Part shown: piece by piece, positions 52,444-62,136 of the stretch
Layout: the number at the start of each line of letters is the position of its first letter
Numbering within the stretch: the stretch's first letter is position 1
DNA from: Promethearchaeota archaeon
Lineage (GTDB): Archaea > Asgardarchaeota > Lokiarchaeia > Sigyniarchaeales > SOKP01
Length of the DNA stretch: 64,000 nucleotides
NCBI GenBank assembly: GCA_048940645.1
Contig: JBHLOI010000001.1
Span: forward strand, 1-64,000
Direction of reading: 5' to 3'
The notes under the pieces: model-generated
What the model saw: the letters and a program-made list of their open reading frames with translations, nothing else
Database searches by the model: none
Told to the model about the DNA's origin: nothing
Translations under genes and position numbers: made by a program

Positions 52444-52956
52444 TTAATTAGGTTGATAATTTTTCAATTTTGGAAATATTGCATGTACATTCTTTTTATA
52501 GTGAATGTATTTTTCACCAAATTTTTTCAAACAATAGTTTTCCTCTTGTATAATAAAGATTCTAAAGATAATATAAAATACAAATGGAAGAAAATAGAGA
52601 ATCCAACTATTAATGATAATTACTATTCCAGGAATAATTAATAATATAACTGAACCATACATAGGATGCCTCATATGTCCATAAAATCCTGTTACAAGTA
52701 ATTCGGATGCATTGTATGCTTTTCTTAGAAGGATTTCAGATTTTATAAAGATAAATACTCCAATTATTATTAACACAATACCTAGAGGGATCATCCAAAT
52801 TTGATATATAGGAAGTTGAGAAACTGAAGAAAAAATAAAATTCAATATACCTAGCAGCACTATGAATGGAACTAATGTTAATGTCATTTTTGGGCCTACA
52901 CCATATATTGAAATCTCGTCATTTTTGTTAATAGATTTATCTCTACTTTTTTCCAT
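52444..52956 (-). CDS. Isoprenylcysteine carboxyl methyltransferase/PEMT-family membrane methyltransferase
   Basis: LLVTGFYGHMRHPMY and EE..C...FGEKY..YK motifs, several TM segments. Confidence 0.82.
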   Translation of the reverse strand: MEKSRDKSINKNDEISIYGVGPKMTLTLVPFIVLLGILNFIFSSVSQLPIYQIWMIPLGIVLIIIGVFIFIKSEILLRKAYNASELLVTGFYGHMRHPMYGSVILLIIPGIVIIINSWILYFLPFVFYIIFRIFIIQEENYCLKKFGEKYIHYKKNVHAIFPKLKNYQPN

Positions 52957-52957
52957 C

Positions 52958-54499
52958 TTAATTCCTTATTTCTAATAAACACGTTGGATCTGTTCCTAGT
53001 GCGCTTCCTGATGTTATAAATACCTTGGCTCTACAACCCCCACATATAGTTTTATAATTACATTTACCACATTGACCTTCGTATTTCAAACCACGATATT
53101 TATTTAGAATTGGCGAGCCAAGCCAGATCTTTTGGACATGATGTTTTTTTATATTACCAAGAACCGCAGGATTTAAAGGACAAGGTGTCACATCTCCATT
53201 TGATTTAATATGCAAAGTAAAAACCCCACACTCACATCCACTTATAAAAGGGTCGAAAGGGCTTTGTTTACTAAAAACACCGCTACTAAGCCTTTCAGAA
53301 AAATTGAAGTATGAAAGTGCCTCTTTTGAGAATATAATTTTAAAAAAGGGAGCTATAAACACTTTTGGAAATCTTTGGGCCATAATTCTAGCAAAAACAG
53401 GATTTTTATATGAAAGAGTTAAGGGATAATCTTCTTCAATAATTTTTTGCCAAATATCACATACTATAACACTAAACTTTTCTATCTGGAGAGGTGTCAA
53501 TGATATGTGGGCTTGTGAAGCTGCTTTACCAGAGGGAACAAAATCAACCATCTGAAATTTTTGAATTTTTAAGGCTTTAGCCAGATCAACTATTTCATAA
53601 ATTTGATGGACATTTAATTTCGTAATTGTAGTCCCTATACAAGTATATATACCTTCGTTAAGACAATTTTTAATAGCAGATATTGCCTTTTCAAAGGCGC
53701 CATTACCACGTATTTGATCATGGACATCTTTTAATCCATCAATGCTAACTTGAACATAACCAACACCTATATCCTTTAACTTTTTAGCCATTTCTGTGTT
53801 TATTAAGGTTCCATTGGAGGCGAGAGCAACATTGATGTGTTTTTTTGACGTATATTTCATAAGATCAAATATATCTTCACGAAGAAGAGGTTCACCTCCG
53901 AAAAAAACGAGAATAAAATTTTTAGCTTCAGATAATTGATCTATGACAGTACAAGCTTCTTCATAAGAAAGTTCATTTGAATCTTGGTCAACATAACAAT
54001 GAGTGCAATTCAAATTACACCGTTGAGTTACTGACCAAAATACAACTGGGGGTCCTATAGGGATAGTTGGTAATTTAAAACCATACCTACCGATTCCCTC
54101 TATATAAGATAATGCTAATTGTTTTAAAGGTTCACTTTCTCTCAAAATTTCTGAAAACTTTTTTTTAGGTATATTTAAACTACGACTCACAGCATTTAAA
54201 ACGAAGGAAATCAAAGTTGTATAAAAAAGCGTCTTATATTTGCATTTCCTACATAAAATCTTTTTGTTTATATAATAGTCTATAAAAATTTCAGAATAAT
54301 TTCGACCACATGTTGGACATTGTTTTATAAATAAATGAAAAAACCTAGTGATATGAAATTTATTTATTAAATTCCAAATTGCTAAATCTATCTTTATGGC
54401 TTTTGTTTTTAATTTTCTTTGCTCAATTCTTTTTGGAAATTCTTTGCTTACACTTTCTGGTAATTCAATATAGCTTAACTTTGAATATACTTTTACCAA
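52958..54499 (-). CDS. Radical SAM/SPASM domain protein with N-terminal CxxC...CxxC extension
   Basis: CNLNCTHC, GGEP, SIDG, CECG..GDVTPC, CGKC.YK.ICGGCRA..DPTC. Confidence 0.88.
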   Translation of the reverse strand: MVKVYSKLSYIELPESVSKEFPKRIEQRKLKTKAIKIDLAIWNLINKFHITRFFHLFIKQCPTCGRNYSEIFIDYYINKKILCRKCKYKTLFYTTLISFVLNAVSRSLNIPKKKFSEILRESEPLKQLALSYIEGIGRYGFKLPTIPIGPPVVFWSVTQRCNLNCTHCYVDQDSNELSYEEACTVIDQLSEAKNFILVFFGGEPLLREDIFDLMKYTSKKHINVALASNGTLINTEMAKKLKDIGVGYVQVSIDGLKDVHDQIRGNGAFEKAISAIKNCLNEGIYTCIGTTITKLNVHQIYEIVDLAKALKIQKFQMVDFVPSGKAASQAHISLTPLQIEKFSVIVCDIWQKIIEEDYPLTLSYKNPVFARIMAQRFPKVFIAPFFKIIFSKEALSYFNFSERLSSGVFSKQSPFDPFISGCECGVFTLHIKSNGDVTPCPLNPAVLGNIKKHHVQKIWLGSPILNKYRGLKYEGQCGKCNYKTICGGCRAKVFITSGSALGTDPTCLLEIRN

Positions 54500-54520
54500 T
54501 TATTATCCCCCATATTCCTA

Positions 54521-55885
54521 TCATTTCTTTGCCTCAAGCCACCATTGACCGGTTAATCTACCCTTATAACCCCCTTTGTACTGCGGATTTTTCGCTAATG
54601 AAAACTTTTCAAAAGTTCCTAAATGATCCTTTATTTGAGATAATAGTTCTTCTTTTGAAAGGGCCACATTGAATTCTTTCACTACTATTTCAGCCCATGC
54701 ATCCTCTCGGTACCTTCCATGCTTGAAACCATAATCTATCGGAGCATAACATCCCGTACAAGGCACATTAACATTTATACACTGTGCTCCGCATCCTGCA
54801 TTAGTTCTTGGACCCAAGCAAATATATCCCTGCTCTATAAAACAATCTTCTTCATTTGGCAATCCTTCATAGTCTCTTTTAACTCTCGTCATTTTCATTC
54901 TTCCCCTAATTCTTCCGCAAGTATCACAAACAGAGGATAATGGAATGAAATCTGAAGAGAGCTTAAGCCTCTTTGGAAATCTTGTGAATCGTAAGAAATC
55001 AACAATCTTTACTATAATTTCTTCAGTTTCTGAAGGCATTTGAGGTAGTTTCGGCCCTACTAAGAGAAAATTCGCTAGCATTGGTAGGTTTAGGAATAGA
55101 GGATAGAATTCTTGTAAAGTCTTTCGACTTATTTCATCTAAATTATCTAAATTATTGGTAATCTCTTTTAATTTTTCTGCCTTAGATGACAGAGTATTTG
55201 AAGGGCCTCGGCAACCCACGCATGGTGATTCCTTACTTGTGCATCTTGTTGTGCAGCCAGAGCTAGTTATTGGCCCAAAACAAAGAGTTCCTGAATCCAA
55301 AAGACACCCAGAATTATCTAATATACATTCATTACAGTAAGGATCATCCATCATCGGGAGTGGAGTTTTCCCTAATAATGATAGTATATTACTTACTATT
55401 GCTTCCGTCCTAGGTGGACAACCCACAAAATATGCATCAATGTTGATGCAATCGTCAATACCTTTAACGGATTCTTCGAAACCAGAAAGATGAGTAGTTG
55501 GTTCTTTTGAATTCTCAGTTGTTATAGATTCGACTTCCATAAATTTTCGTTTTATTAAATCTTCTAATGGAAAATTATTTGCCATTGCAAATACACCCCC
55601 CTGACATGCACAAGTTCCAAATGTAGTAAGTAATTTACACTTCTCTCTCATTAGTCTTAAATTTTCTAAATCTTGTTTTGTTCTTACAGCGCCCTCAACT
55701 ATTCCAACATCAATTTCACCATCTTCCCTTGCTTTCAAAGAATCGAGTTTATAATCCAGTACTGCTGGCCAATACACAATCTCTAACTCAGGTAAAACAG
55801 GCAGTAATCCGAGATGAGCATTTAAAAGACTTTGGTGGCAACCCCAACAACTGGATAATTGCACAAAAGCTATTTTAATTGACAT
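54521..55885 (-). CDS. mvhG: Group 3 [NiFe]-hydrogenase small subunit-like protein (MvhG/VhuG) with duplicated C-terminal Fe-S module
   Basis: SSCWGC, EGAVR, GTCACQGG, GCPP, then two copies of CxxC...C...G.(L/I)C.GP.T..GC...C......C.GC. Confidence 0.75.
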   Translation of the reverse strand: MSIKIAFVQLSSCWGCHQSLLNAHLGLLPVLPELEIVYWPAVLDYKLDSLKAREDGEIDVGIVEGAVRTKQDLENLRLMREKCKLLTTFGTCACQGGVFAMANNFPLEDLIKRKFMEVESITTENSKEPTTHLSGFEESVKGIDDCINIDAYFVGCPPRTEAIVSNILSLLGKTPLPMMDDPYCNECILDNSGCLLDSGTLCFGPITSSGCTTRCTSKESPCVGCRGPSNTLSSKAEKLKEITNNLDNLDEISRKTLQEFYPLFLNLPMLANFLLVGPKLPQMPSETEEIIVKIVDFLRFTRFPKRLKLSSDFIPLSSVCDTCGRIRGRMKMTRVKRDYEGLPNEEDCFIEQGYICLGPRTNAGCGAQCINVNVPCTGCYAPIDYGFKHGRYREDAWAEIVVKEFNVALSKEELLSQIKDHLGTFEKFSLAKNPQYKGGYKGRLTGQWWLEAKK

Positions 55886-56089
55886 TATTTTTGCAATATT
55901 TTATACTATTAAATTAAGATATAAGCTAAAATTATAGAATCATATAAAAACATATACAAAAATTTACACAAATTTGTAATCAAAAATGAATATTCAAAAC
56001 TGATATTGGAAACATTTACTTTTTCCGAATTTCATTTTATGCTAATTAACCTTTAATGCAAGCAAAATAAGTGGAAAGAAAATTATCCT

Positions 56090-56356
56090 TTATTTTTTAT
56101 AATGTGTTATTAAAAAGCTAATTAATTTGATTAATAAGAAGAAGCAAACTATCCAAATTGCGCAATCAAAAAATAAATTAAGCCAAGAAACTTCAACTGG
56201 GGCATTAGGATATATTGCTTGACTTAGCCAATAAAGTGGATAACCCCATTTCTGAGTACCAATTAAATCTCCCGTTGGATAAGGAACAAAACCTAAAATA
56301 ATATTTAAAACAATCCCGCTTATTATTGAAAGAATAAGAATTAATTTATTTTCCAT
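56090..56356 (-). CDS. Small hypothetical membrane protein
   Basis: 88 aa, two hydrophobic helices around WGYPLYW. Confidence 0.6.
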   Translation of the reverse strand: MENKLILILSIISGIVLNIILGFVPYPTGDLIGTQKWGYPLYWLSQAIYPNAPVEVSWLNLFFDCAIWIVCFFLLIKLISFLITHYKK

Positions 56357-56440
56357 GAGCCTTACAAAAATCTATCTTATTTAAGATTTTCACTAAATTT
56401 GTTCAGGTGTCAAAATAAAGAAAGAAAATTAATTAAGTTG

Positions 56441-57628
56441 TTATTTAACCTCTACTTCTATTTTATCAATTATTTCTATTAAATCTAATACTTCAAAGTT
56501 AAAATTATAGTTATTATTGGCATCGCTTAGATTTCTGTGACAGAAAGGGCAAGTAGATGATATTATAGCTGCTCCAGTTTCTTTTGCTTCCTCTAGTCTT
56601 TCTTTTGAAATTTCTACTGACCATTCTGGATAACCAATTTTTACTCCACCTCCTGCACCGCAACACCAAGCAAAATTTCTGTTTCTTTTCATTTCTACTA
56701 GCTTTAGACCAGGAATTTGTTTATAAATATCGCGAGGAAGTTCATAAATCCCCATATGCCGCCCCAAATGACATGGGTCATGATATGTAACTGTTTTATT
56801 ATATTCTGATTTAAATTCTATTTTTCTTTCATCTAACAATTGTTTAACTAATTCGAGTGTATGAAAAACCTCAAAATCATGATCCTCTCCAAATTTTTCA
56901 AAATCTTTCATGAAAGTTCTGTAACAACCAGCACAGGAAGTTATTACTTTTGTAGCTCCAGTATCTTTAATTTGAGCATTGTTGTAATTCATATAATCTT
57001 TAACAATTCCTAATTGGCCTGTTCGTATCATTGGACTTGTACAACAATGTTCATCAATTAAAGTAAAATCAATGCCTACTTTTTTTAAAAATTTGAGAGT
57101 AGCATCTCGTATCGATTGCTGTCTATAGTTTGAGGTACAACCTATAAAGTAGACCCATTCTGCTTTATCTGGGAGTTCATATTCCTTCTTTAAATCCTCA
57201 TTATTAGAATTTATCTCTCCATATGGATTACAATTTTCTTCACATCGAGAGACTAAATAGTTCTGATTTTTGGCTGGGCCAATATGCTTCACGGCTAATT
57301 CTCTCAATGCTTCAATCATATCTACAATATAGTCTCTGTGAGGTGCTTGACAGGCATCCATACAAGCGCCACAAGTGGTACAAGCATAAATAGGATCTAT
57401 TAATTCATCATTCCATTCTAATTCTCCTCTCAAAGTACCACGAATGATTCTAATACGACCACTAGGCCAATATGATTCAAATAAGTATTTTTCACCTGAT
57501 GGGCATATTTTATCAAAACTCTTATATCCATATTTACACGAACTACATTTTATACAGTAATCGAATGCCATGTCAAGAAAATCTTTTCCATGCAATTTTT
57601 TATCAACTTCAACCATTACAAGTTCCAC
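56441..57628 (-). CDS. Fe-S oxidoreductase, GlcF/HdrD-like (ferredoxin plus two CCG domains)
   Basis: CIKCSSC..CP, CTTCGACMDAC, FIGC, HCC, SCAGC, YHDPCHLGR, CCGAGGG, TCPFC. Confidence 0.88.
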   Translation of the reverse strand: MELVMVEVDKKLHGKDFLDMAFDYCIKCSSCKYGYKSFDKICPSGEKYLFESYWPSGRIRIIRGTLRGELEWNDELIDPIYACTTCGACMDACQAPHRDYIVDMIEALRELAVKHIGPAKNQNYLVSRCEENCNPYGEINSNNEDLKKEYELPDKAEWVYFIGCTSNYRQQSIRDATLKFLKKVGIDFTLIDEHCCTSPMIRTGQLGIVKDYMNYNNAQIKDTGATKVITSCAGCYRTFMKDFEKFGEDHDFEVFHTLELVKQLLDERKIEFKSEYNKTVTYHDPCHLGRHMGIYELPRDIYKQIPGLKLVEMKRNRNFAWCCGAGGGVKIGYPEWSVEISKERLEEAKETGAAIISSTCPFCHRNLSDANNNYNFNFEVLDLIEIIDKIEVEVK

Positions 57629-59094
57629 CTTCCTGGATTAAAGATATTATTAGGGTCCATACAGTTTTTAATTTTTTCAAATAATTTAATCCATCCTGGA
57701 TTGATTTTTCTTCTCATCTTTTCAGTCATCCATGTTGGTGTTTTATATGGAATACACCCATATTCTAAACAGATATCTGTAATCTCTTCCATTATTTTAT
57801 GAACGTGTTCTTCTTCCTTATATTTATTATAAGGTAGAATAGGACGAAATATTCCATAATGCCCATATTTCATGATTTTTCCATAAAGGATAGGGTTCTG
57901 AAAATCATGTTTCTTAAAAATTGCATCAACTTTTTCGATCAATTCTTCAAATTTATGGGTTGGAGCATAACTCCCGAACCATGTAAGGCCAGATTTAGGA
58001 ACGGTCGGAATTACAACAGCTGGTAAATCATATGCACATCGAGCTCTAAGATCAAAAATCCTAGCAAAATCATCTAAGTCAAGTAAAATAATATTCTTGC
58101 CTTGTTCATTTAGGTCACTTATGACTTTATGTAATAATTTCTCCTTAGCTTTAAATAATTCTTCAGTTTTCGCAGATATAGGCATAACAGCGATAAATTC
58201 AGGCTCACCAGGAAATTTCTTTGGATTTTCAATTTCAACTACTAATTTTACGGCTTGAATATTGAAATAAGAAATATCATCTACAGTTTCAGATTTACCT
58301 ACCTCTCTCAATAAAGCTGCAATATCAGTCAGACCAAAAAGTGCAGCAACAATTCCTTTCTGATAGGGATCATTTGGCCATAGTTGTACTGCACATTTAG
58401 TAACCAATCCTGTTGTACCTTGCCAATTAACAAACAATCCCATTAGATCTGGCATAGGATAACGTGACCACCATGAATCTGGATCAGATTCTTCTTCACC
58501 ATAAAAACAAGAACCAATTCTTGCTATTGTTCCATCCGCGAGAATGACCTCTAATCCATTGATAGAATCTCCCATTGAACCGATTTTACATGATAAATTA
58601 TTCATCCCACATAATATTGCATTGCCTACAACTCCTGCGTAGGGAGGAGCATAAGGATAACTATATCTTAAATTTGGATAATTTTTATCTAAATAATTTT
58701 TTAATTGACCAAAAGTAACACCAGGTTCAAGGATAGCATACATCATAGTTTCATTAATATGGAGAATTTTATTCATTTTTTTACCAAAATCTACAATAAT
58801 CCCCCCATGCTCCGGTATAGTAAGACCTCCTACATTATTTCCAGTAATATAAGGTGTAATTGGGATTTGATTAACGTTACAATATTTAACCAACTCTATT
58901 AACTGATTATTATTCTCTGGGATGACTACAAAGTCAGGCATATGAGGTTTAGATTCAGTCATATCATAAGAATAAGGGTATAAATCAACTTGTTTAGACG
59001 TTACATTTTCTATACCAAAAATATCTTTAAGTTTTTTAAAAACATCTTCCTTACTAACTTTTTCAAATATATTCCTCTCTTCTATTTGGGTCAT
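57616..59094 (-). CDS. FAD-linked oxidoreductase, VAO/GlcD family
   Basis: PDFVVIP, EPGVTFGQL, GLEVILADG, GTTGLVTK, DPNNIFNPG. Confidence 0.85.
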   Translation of the reverse strand: MTQIEERNIFEKVSKEDVFKKLKDIFGIENVTSKQVDLYPYSYDMTESKPHMPDFVVIPENNNQLIELVKYCNVNQIPITPYITGNNVGGLTIPEHGGIIVDFGKKMNKILHINETMMYAILEPGVTFGQLKNYLDKNYPNLRYSYPYAPPYAGVVGNAILCGMNNLSCKIGSMGDSINGLEVILADGTIARIGSCFYGEEESDPDSWWSRYPMPDLMGLFVNWQGTTGLVTKCAVQLWPNDPYQKGIVAALFGLTDIAALLREVGKSETVDDISYFNIQAVKLVVEIENPKKFPGEPEFIAVMPISAKTEELFKAKEKLLHKVISDLNEQGKNIILLDLDDFARIFDLRARCAYDLPAVVIPTVPKSGLTWFGSYAPTHKFEELIEKVDAIFKKHDFQNPILYGKIMKYGHYGIFRPILPYNKYKEEEHVHKIMEEITDICLEYGCIPYKTPTWMTEKMRRKINPGWIKLFEKIKNCMDPNNIFNPGRWNL

Positions 59095-59105
59095 TTCTCA
59101 CTTTC

Positions 59106-59528
59106 TCATCTCGTTTTTTTATTCAATTCATAGTAATTTAGGTTTTCTTGTTGAGCAACTCTCTGTAAACTAACCATAAAGATACTATAAAATCTAGCCA
59201 ATTTAGAACTATCTTGACCTAATCCTTCAATTTCCATATGTCCCTCCTCGATAGCAAAAAAAGGGTTTATTCTTTCATATGCCATATCTAGCATAGCGTT
59301 AATATGCATTTTAACCTTCAAATCAGGAATTTCAGGTTCGCCTATTTGGAAGGATATTTGATCTCCTTCAAAAACAACTGTTACAGGATAAAATGGTTCT
59401 ACATAAATAACAATTTTTTTATTCCAGTTATGGACTAGCTTATAAAACTCCTTTTCATCTTTTCTCTTGGAAAGCACATTATATAAGGCTATAGAAATCA
59501 AGTCTTCTGGTTCTTGTATTGAAATCAT
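59106..59528 (-). CDS. SCP2-like sterol/lipid-binding domain protein
   Basis: PDLKVKM....LDMA...INPFFAIEEGHMEIEG matches the SCP2 C-terminal pattern. Confidence 0.65.
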   Translation of the reverse strand: MISIQEPEDLISIALYNVLSKRKDEKEFYKLVHNWNKKIVIYVEPFYPVTVVFEGDQISFQIGEPEIPDLKVKMHINAMLDMAYERINPFFAIEEGHMEIEGLGQDSSKLARFYSIFMVSLQRVAQQENLNYYELNKKTR

Positions 59529-59530
59529 TT

Positions 59531-59554
59531 TTATTTCCCTCTTTATTTCCCTCT
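59531..59554. repeat. Tandem 12-bp duplication (TTATTTCCCTCT)x2 covering the purine-rich leader of the SCP2 gene
   Basis: Exact duplication seen at 59531-59542 and 59543-59554. Confidence 0.7.
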
Positions 59555-59669
59555 GTTTTTAATAAAAAATATTTTCAATCTTAAATTATAAATAATTAAT
59601 TATTTTGAAAATAAATTGATTTCTAATAAACAATGAAGTCTAGTTAGGATTTAGGCAGACAGTTTAAAA

Positions 59670-60929
59670 TTAGGGGAACAAACCTCTCAATTCATGGGAT
59701 TTAGCTACATTTGAAATTGCTATCATGTAAGCAGCATTCCTAAGTGAACAATTTTGATTTTTTGATAGGTTCCAAACTTTTTCAAACGCTTCCAGTAAGA
59801 TTGTTTTCATTTCGCTATTTACTCGTTCCAAATCCCAGAAATAAGCATGAATGCTTTGAATATATTCGAAATATGATACAATTAAAGCTCCACTATTTGC
59901 TAAAATGTCAGGAACAACAATGATTCCTTTCTCATCTAGCACTTTATCCGCTTTGGAAGTCACAGGTCCATCAGCGCCCTCAAAGATAATCTGACAGTTA
60001 ATCTCATCAACGTTTTTGCTTGTTATTTGATTTTCAATAGCAGCAGGTATCAAAATATCACATTTAATTTTAAAAATATCTGGGATCATAATGTTTTTAA
60101 TCCCATCTGCTTTAAAATCCTTAAATTGTTTTCCTTCTTGCTTCCATTTTAAAAGGCTATTAGTAATCTCTAGACCTTTTTCTGAATAAATTCCCCCAGT
60201 ACTATCAGTAACCGCTAGAATCTTACAACCCTGTTCATGGAGAATTTTTGCGATTACACTACCTACTTTACCAAATCCTTGTATTACAATCTTTAAGGAT
60301 TTTAAATTAAAATTAAGTTTTTCAGATAATGCCTGTAATATATAATACATACCTCTACCTGCAGCTTCGTCCCTTCCTACTGTACCTCCTATTTCCAAAG
60401 GTTTGCCAACAGCTACACTGGGAACGGATCTTCCTTTTTGCATTGAATAGACATCCATCATCCAAGCCATTGTTTCTTCATTTGTATTTACATCTGGGGC
60501 AACGATATCTATATCAGGACCAATCATATTTATTATTTCAGCTGTATATCTTCTTGTAAGTCTCTCTAATTCTTTTTTAGATAAACTCTTTATATCCACC
60601 CGTACTCCCCCCTTAGAGCCTCCTAATGGGATTCCTAATAACGCATTTCTAAACGTCATTAAAAACGCTAAAGCTTTAATATCATCAAGTGTTAGATCAG
60701 GTAAATATCGTATGCCTCCTTTTGCTGGTCCACGAAGAGTAGAATGATGAACCCTATATCCTTCAAAAATTTTAAGTGACCCATCATCCATAATAATAGG
60801 AATGGAAACTATTAACGAACGTTCAACACGTTTAAGATATTCAATAGTATTAGGATGTAGATTAATTAAATGAGCAGCTATTTCTAATTGCTTTTTCCGA
60901 GTTTCGTATGGATTGGGTCTTGGAAGCAT
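59670..60929 (-). CDS. gdhA: Glu/Leu/Phe/Val dehydrogenase family protein (glutamate dehydrogenase-like, divergent active site)
   Basis: GYRVHH, GPAKGGIRY, GGSKGG, APDVNT, QGFG.VG, PDILAN. Confidence 0.8.
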   Translation of the reverse strand: MLPRPNPYETRKKQLEIAAHLINLHPNTIEYLKRVERSLIVSIPIIMDDGSLKIFEGYRVHHSTLRGPAKGGIRYLPDLTLDDIKALAFLMTFRNALLGIPLGGSKGGVRVDIKSLSKKELERLTRRYTAEIINMIGPDIDIVAPDVNTNEETMAWMMDVYSMQKGRSVPSVAVGKPLEIGGTVGRDEAAGRGMYYILQALSEKLNFNLKSLKIVIQGFGKVGSVIAKILHEQGCKILAVTDSTGGIYSEKGLEITNSLLKWKQEGKQFKDFKADGIKNIMIPDIFKIKCDILIPAAIENQITSKNVDEINCQIIFEGADGPVTSKADKVLDEKGIIVVPDILANSGALIVSYFEYIQSIHAYFWDLERVNSEMKTILLEAFEKVWNLSKNQNCSLRNAAYMIAISNVAKSHELRGLFP

Positions 60930-60967
60930 TATTTCACACTTATTAAATATTTTTTATTTATAAATCC

Positions 60968-62002
60968 TTATAAATTTACTAAACAATATTCGACAAATTT
61001 TAGAGGGTCTATAGCACATCCTCCTGAATCTAAACCTCCCAATTCATTTAATATACTCTCATCAATTGGATTTTCATTGAGCCATAAACCCTTCAAGTTC
61101 AATAAAGATTCTAAACCTTTAATTTTAGATATTTCGTTATTACCTAAATCTAAAGTCTCTAATTCTTGTAGTGTTTCTAATCCTTTAATTACGGAAATTT
61201 GATTTCCAGAAAGAAATAATTGATTTAATTTTACCAAAGGATATAATCCACTTATTTGACGTATTTTATTATTCTTTAAATTTAATACTTGTAAATTTTT
61301 ACAATTCTCCAATCCTTGGATTTTTTCTATTTGATTTGAAGTAATCTGAAAAGTATTCAAGTTTTTGAGTGAGCCTAATCCTTTTACTTCTGTTATTATA
61401 TTATCATTAAGATATAACTCTGTGAGGTCAATTAAGTTATCCAAGCCTTCTATTTCGGTTATTTGGTTTCCCGCAAGATTTAAAACTTTAAGCTTTTCCA
61501 AATTTTCAATCCTCTCTATTTTCTTAATTTGATTCCCAGCTACCCACAGAACTTCTAAATTCTCCAGATAATCAAGTCCTTTTAGTTCAGTGATCTCATT
61601 CCATGAAAGATCTAATTTTTGAACTGCTTCTAAAGTATCTAAACCTTTTATTTCTTCTATTCTATTACCTCGAAGATATAATTCTTTTAAATTAGTAAGG
61701 TTTTCTAGTCCTTTTATTTCAGTGATTTGATTTGAGATTAGGTGTAAAATCTGTAAATTTTCTAATTGATCCAGTCCTGATATATCAATTATACTATTAC
61801 TTCCAAGGTTTAAAATTTCTAGAGAAATTAGATGTCCTAAGCCTTTAATTTCAGTTAAGTCATTAGAGCTCAATTCAAGATTTTTTAAATCAATTGACTC
61901 TAATCCCTTAATTTCAGAGATGTCTTCGATACCTAATAATCCAAGATCAAGGAAATCCTCCTCAACTCCATATCTCTCACCCTTATATTCTACATAACTC
62001 AT
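60968..62002 (-). CDS. Leucine-rich repeat protein (22-residue SDS22-like repeats)
   Basis: 13 counted LxLxxNxIxxIxGLxxLxxL repeats. Confidence 0.92.
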   Translation of the reverse strand: MSYVEYKGERYGVEEDFLDLGLLGIEDISEIKGLESIDLKNLELSSNDLTEIKGLGHLISLEILNLGSNSIIDISGLDQLENLQILHLISNQITEIKGLENLTNLKELYLRGNRIEEIKGLDTLEAVQKLDLSWNEITELKGLDYLENLEVLWVAGNQIKKIERIENLEKLKVLNLAGNQITEIEGLDNLIDLTELYLNDNIITEVKGLGSLKNLNTFQITSNQIEKIQGLENCKNLQVLNLKNNKIRQISGLYPLVKLNQLFLSGNQISVIKGLETLQELETLDLGNNEISKIKGLESLLNLKGLWLNENPIDESILNELGGLDSGGCAIDPLKFVEYCLVNL

Positions 62003-62136
62003 AACATTCCCATGACTAAAAATAACTATTTAAATAAAAATGGAAGCTCTGAAAAATATATTAATTCATATAAAATTTATAATTTATCTTTATAAAATTA
62101 GAATTTCATTTTATTTGATAAAAATAATGTGAAAAA

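Noticed and set aside
52958-54499. Radical SAM protein as the anaerobic sulfatase maturase for the arylsulfatase
   Set aside because: It is more than 40 kb away, sits in a different operon, and I could not recognise anSME-specific features.
56052-56063. 12-mer GCTTGCATTAAA on the minus strand, identical to part of the SECIS-like stem at 63409-63420
   Set aside because: It lacks the AUGA/GA core and the complementary arm, so it is probably a chance match.
3067-61202. Numerous 60-135 aa ORFs in the track overlapping larger genes (e.g. 5548-5817, 33437-33844, 44192-44596, 50584-50979)
   Set aside because: They are antisense or alternate-frame shadows of well-supported genes with no recognisable motifs.
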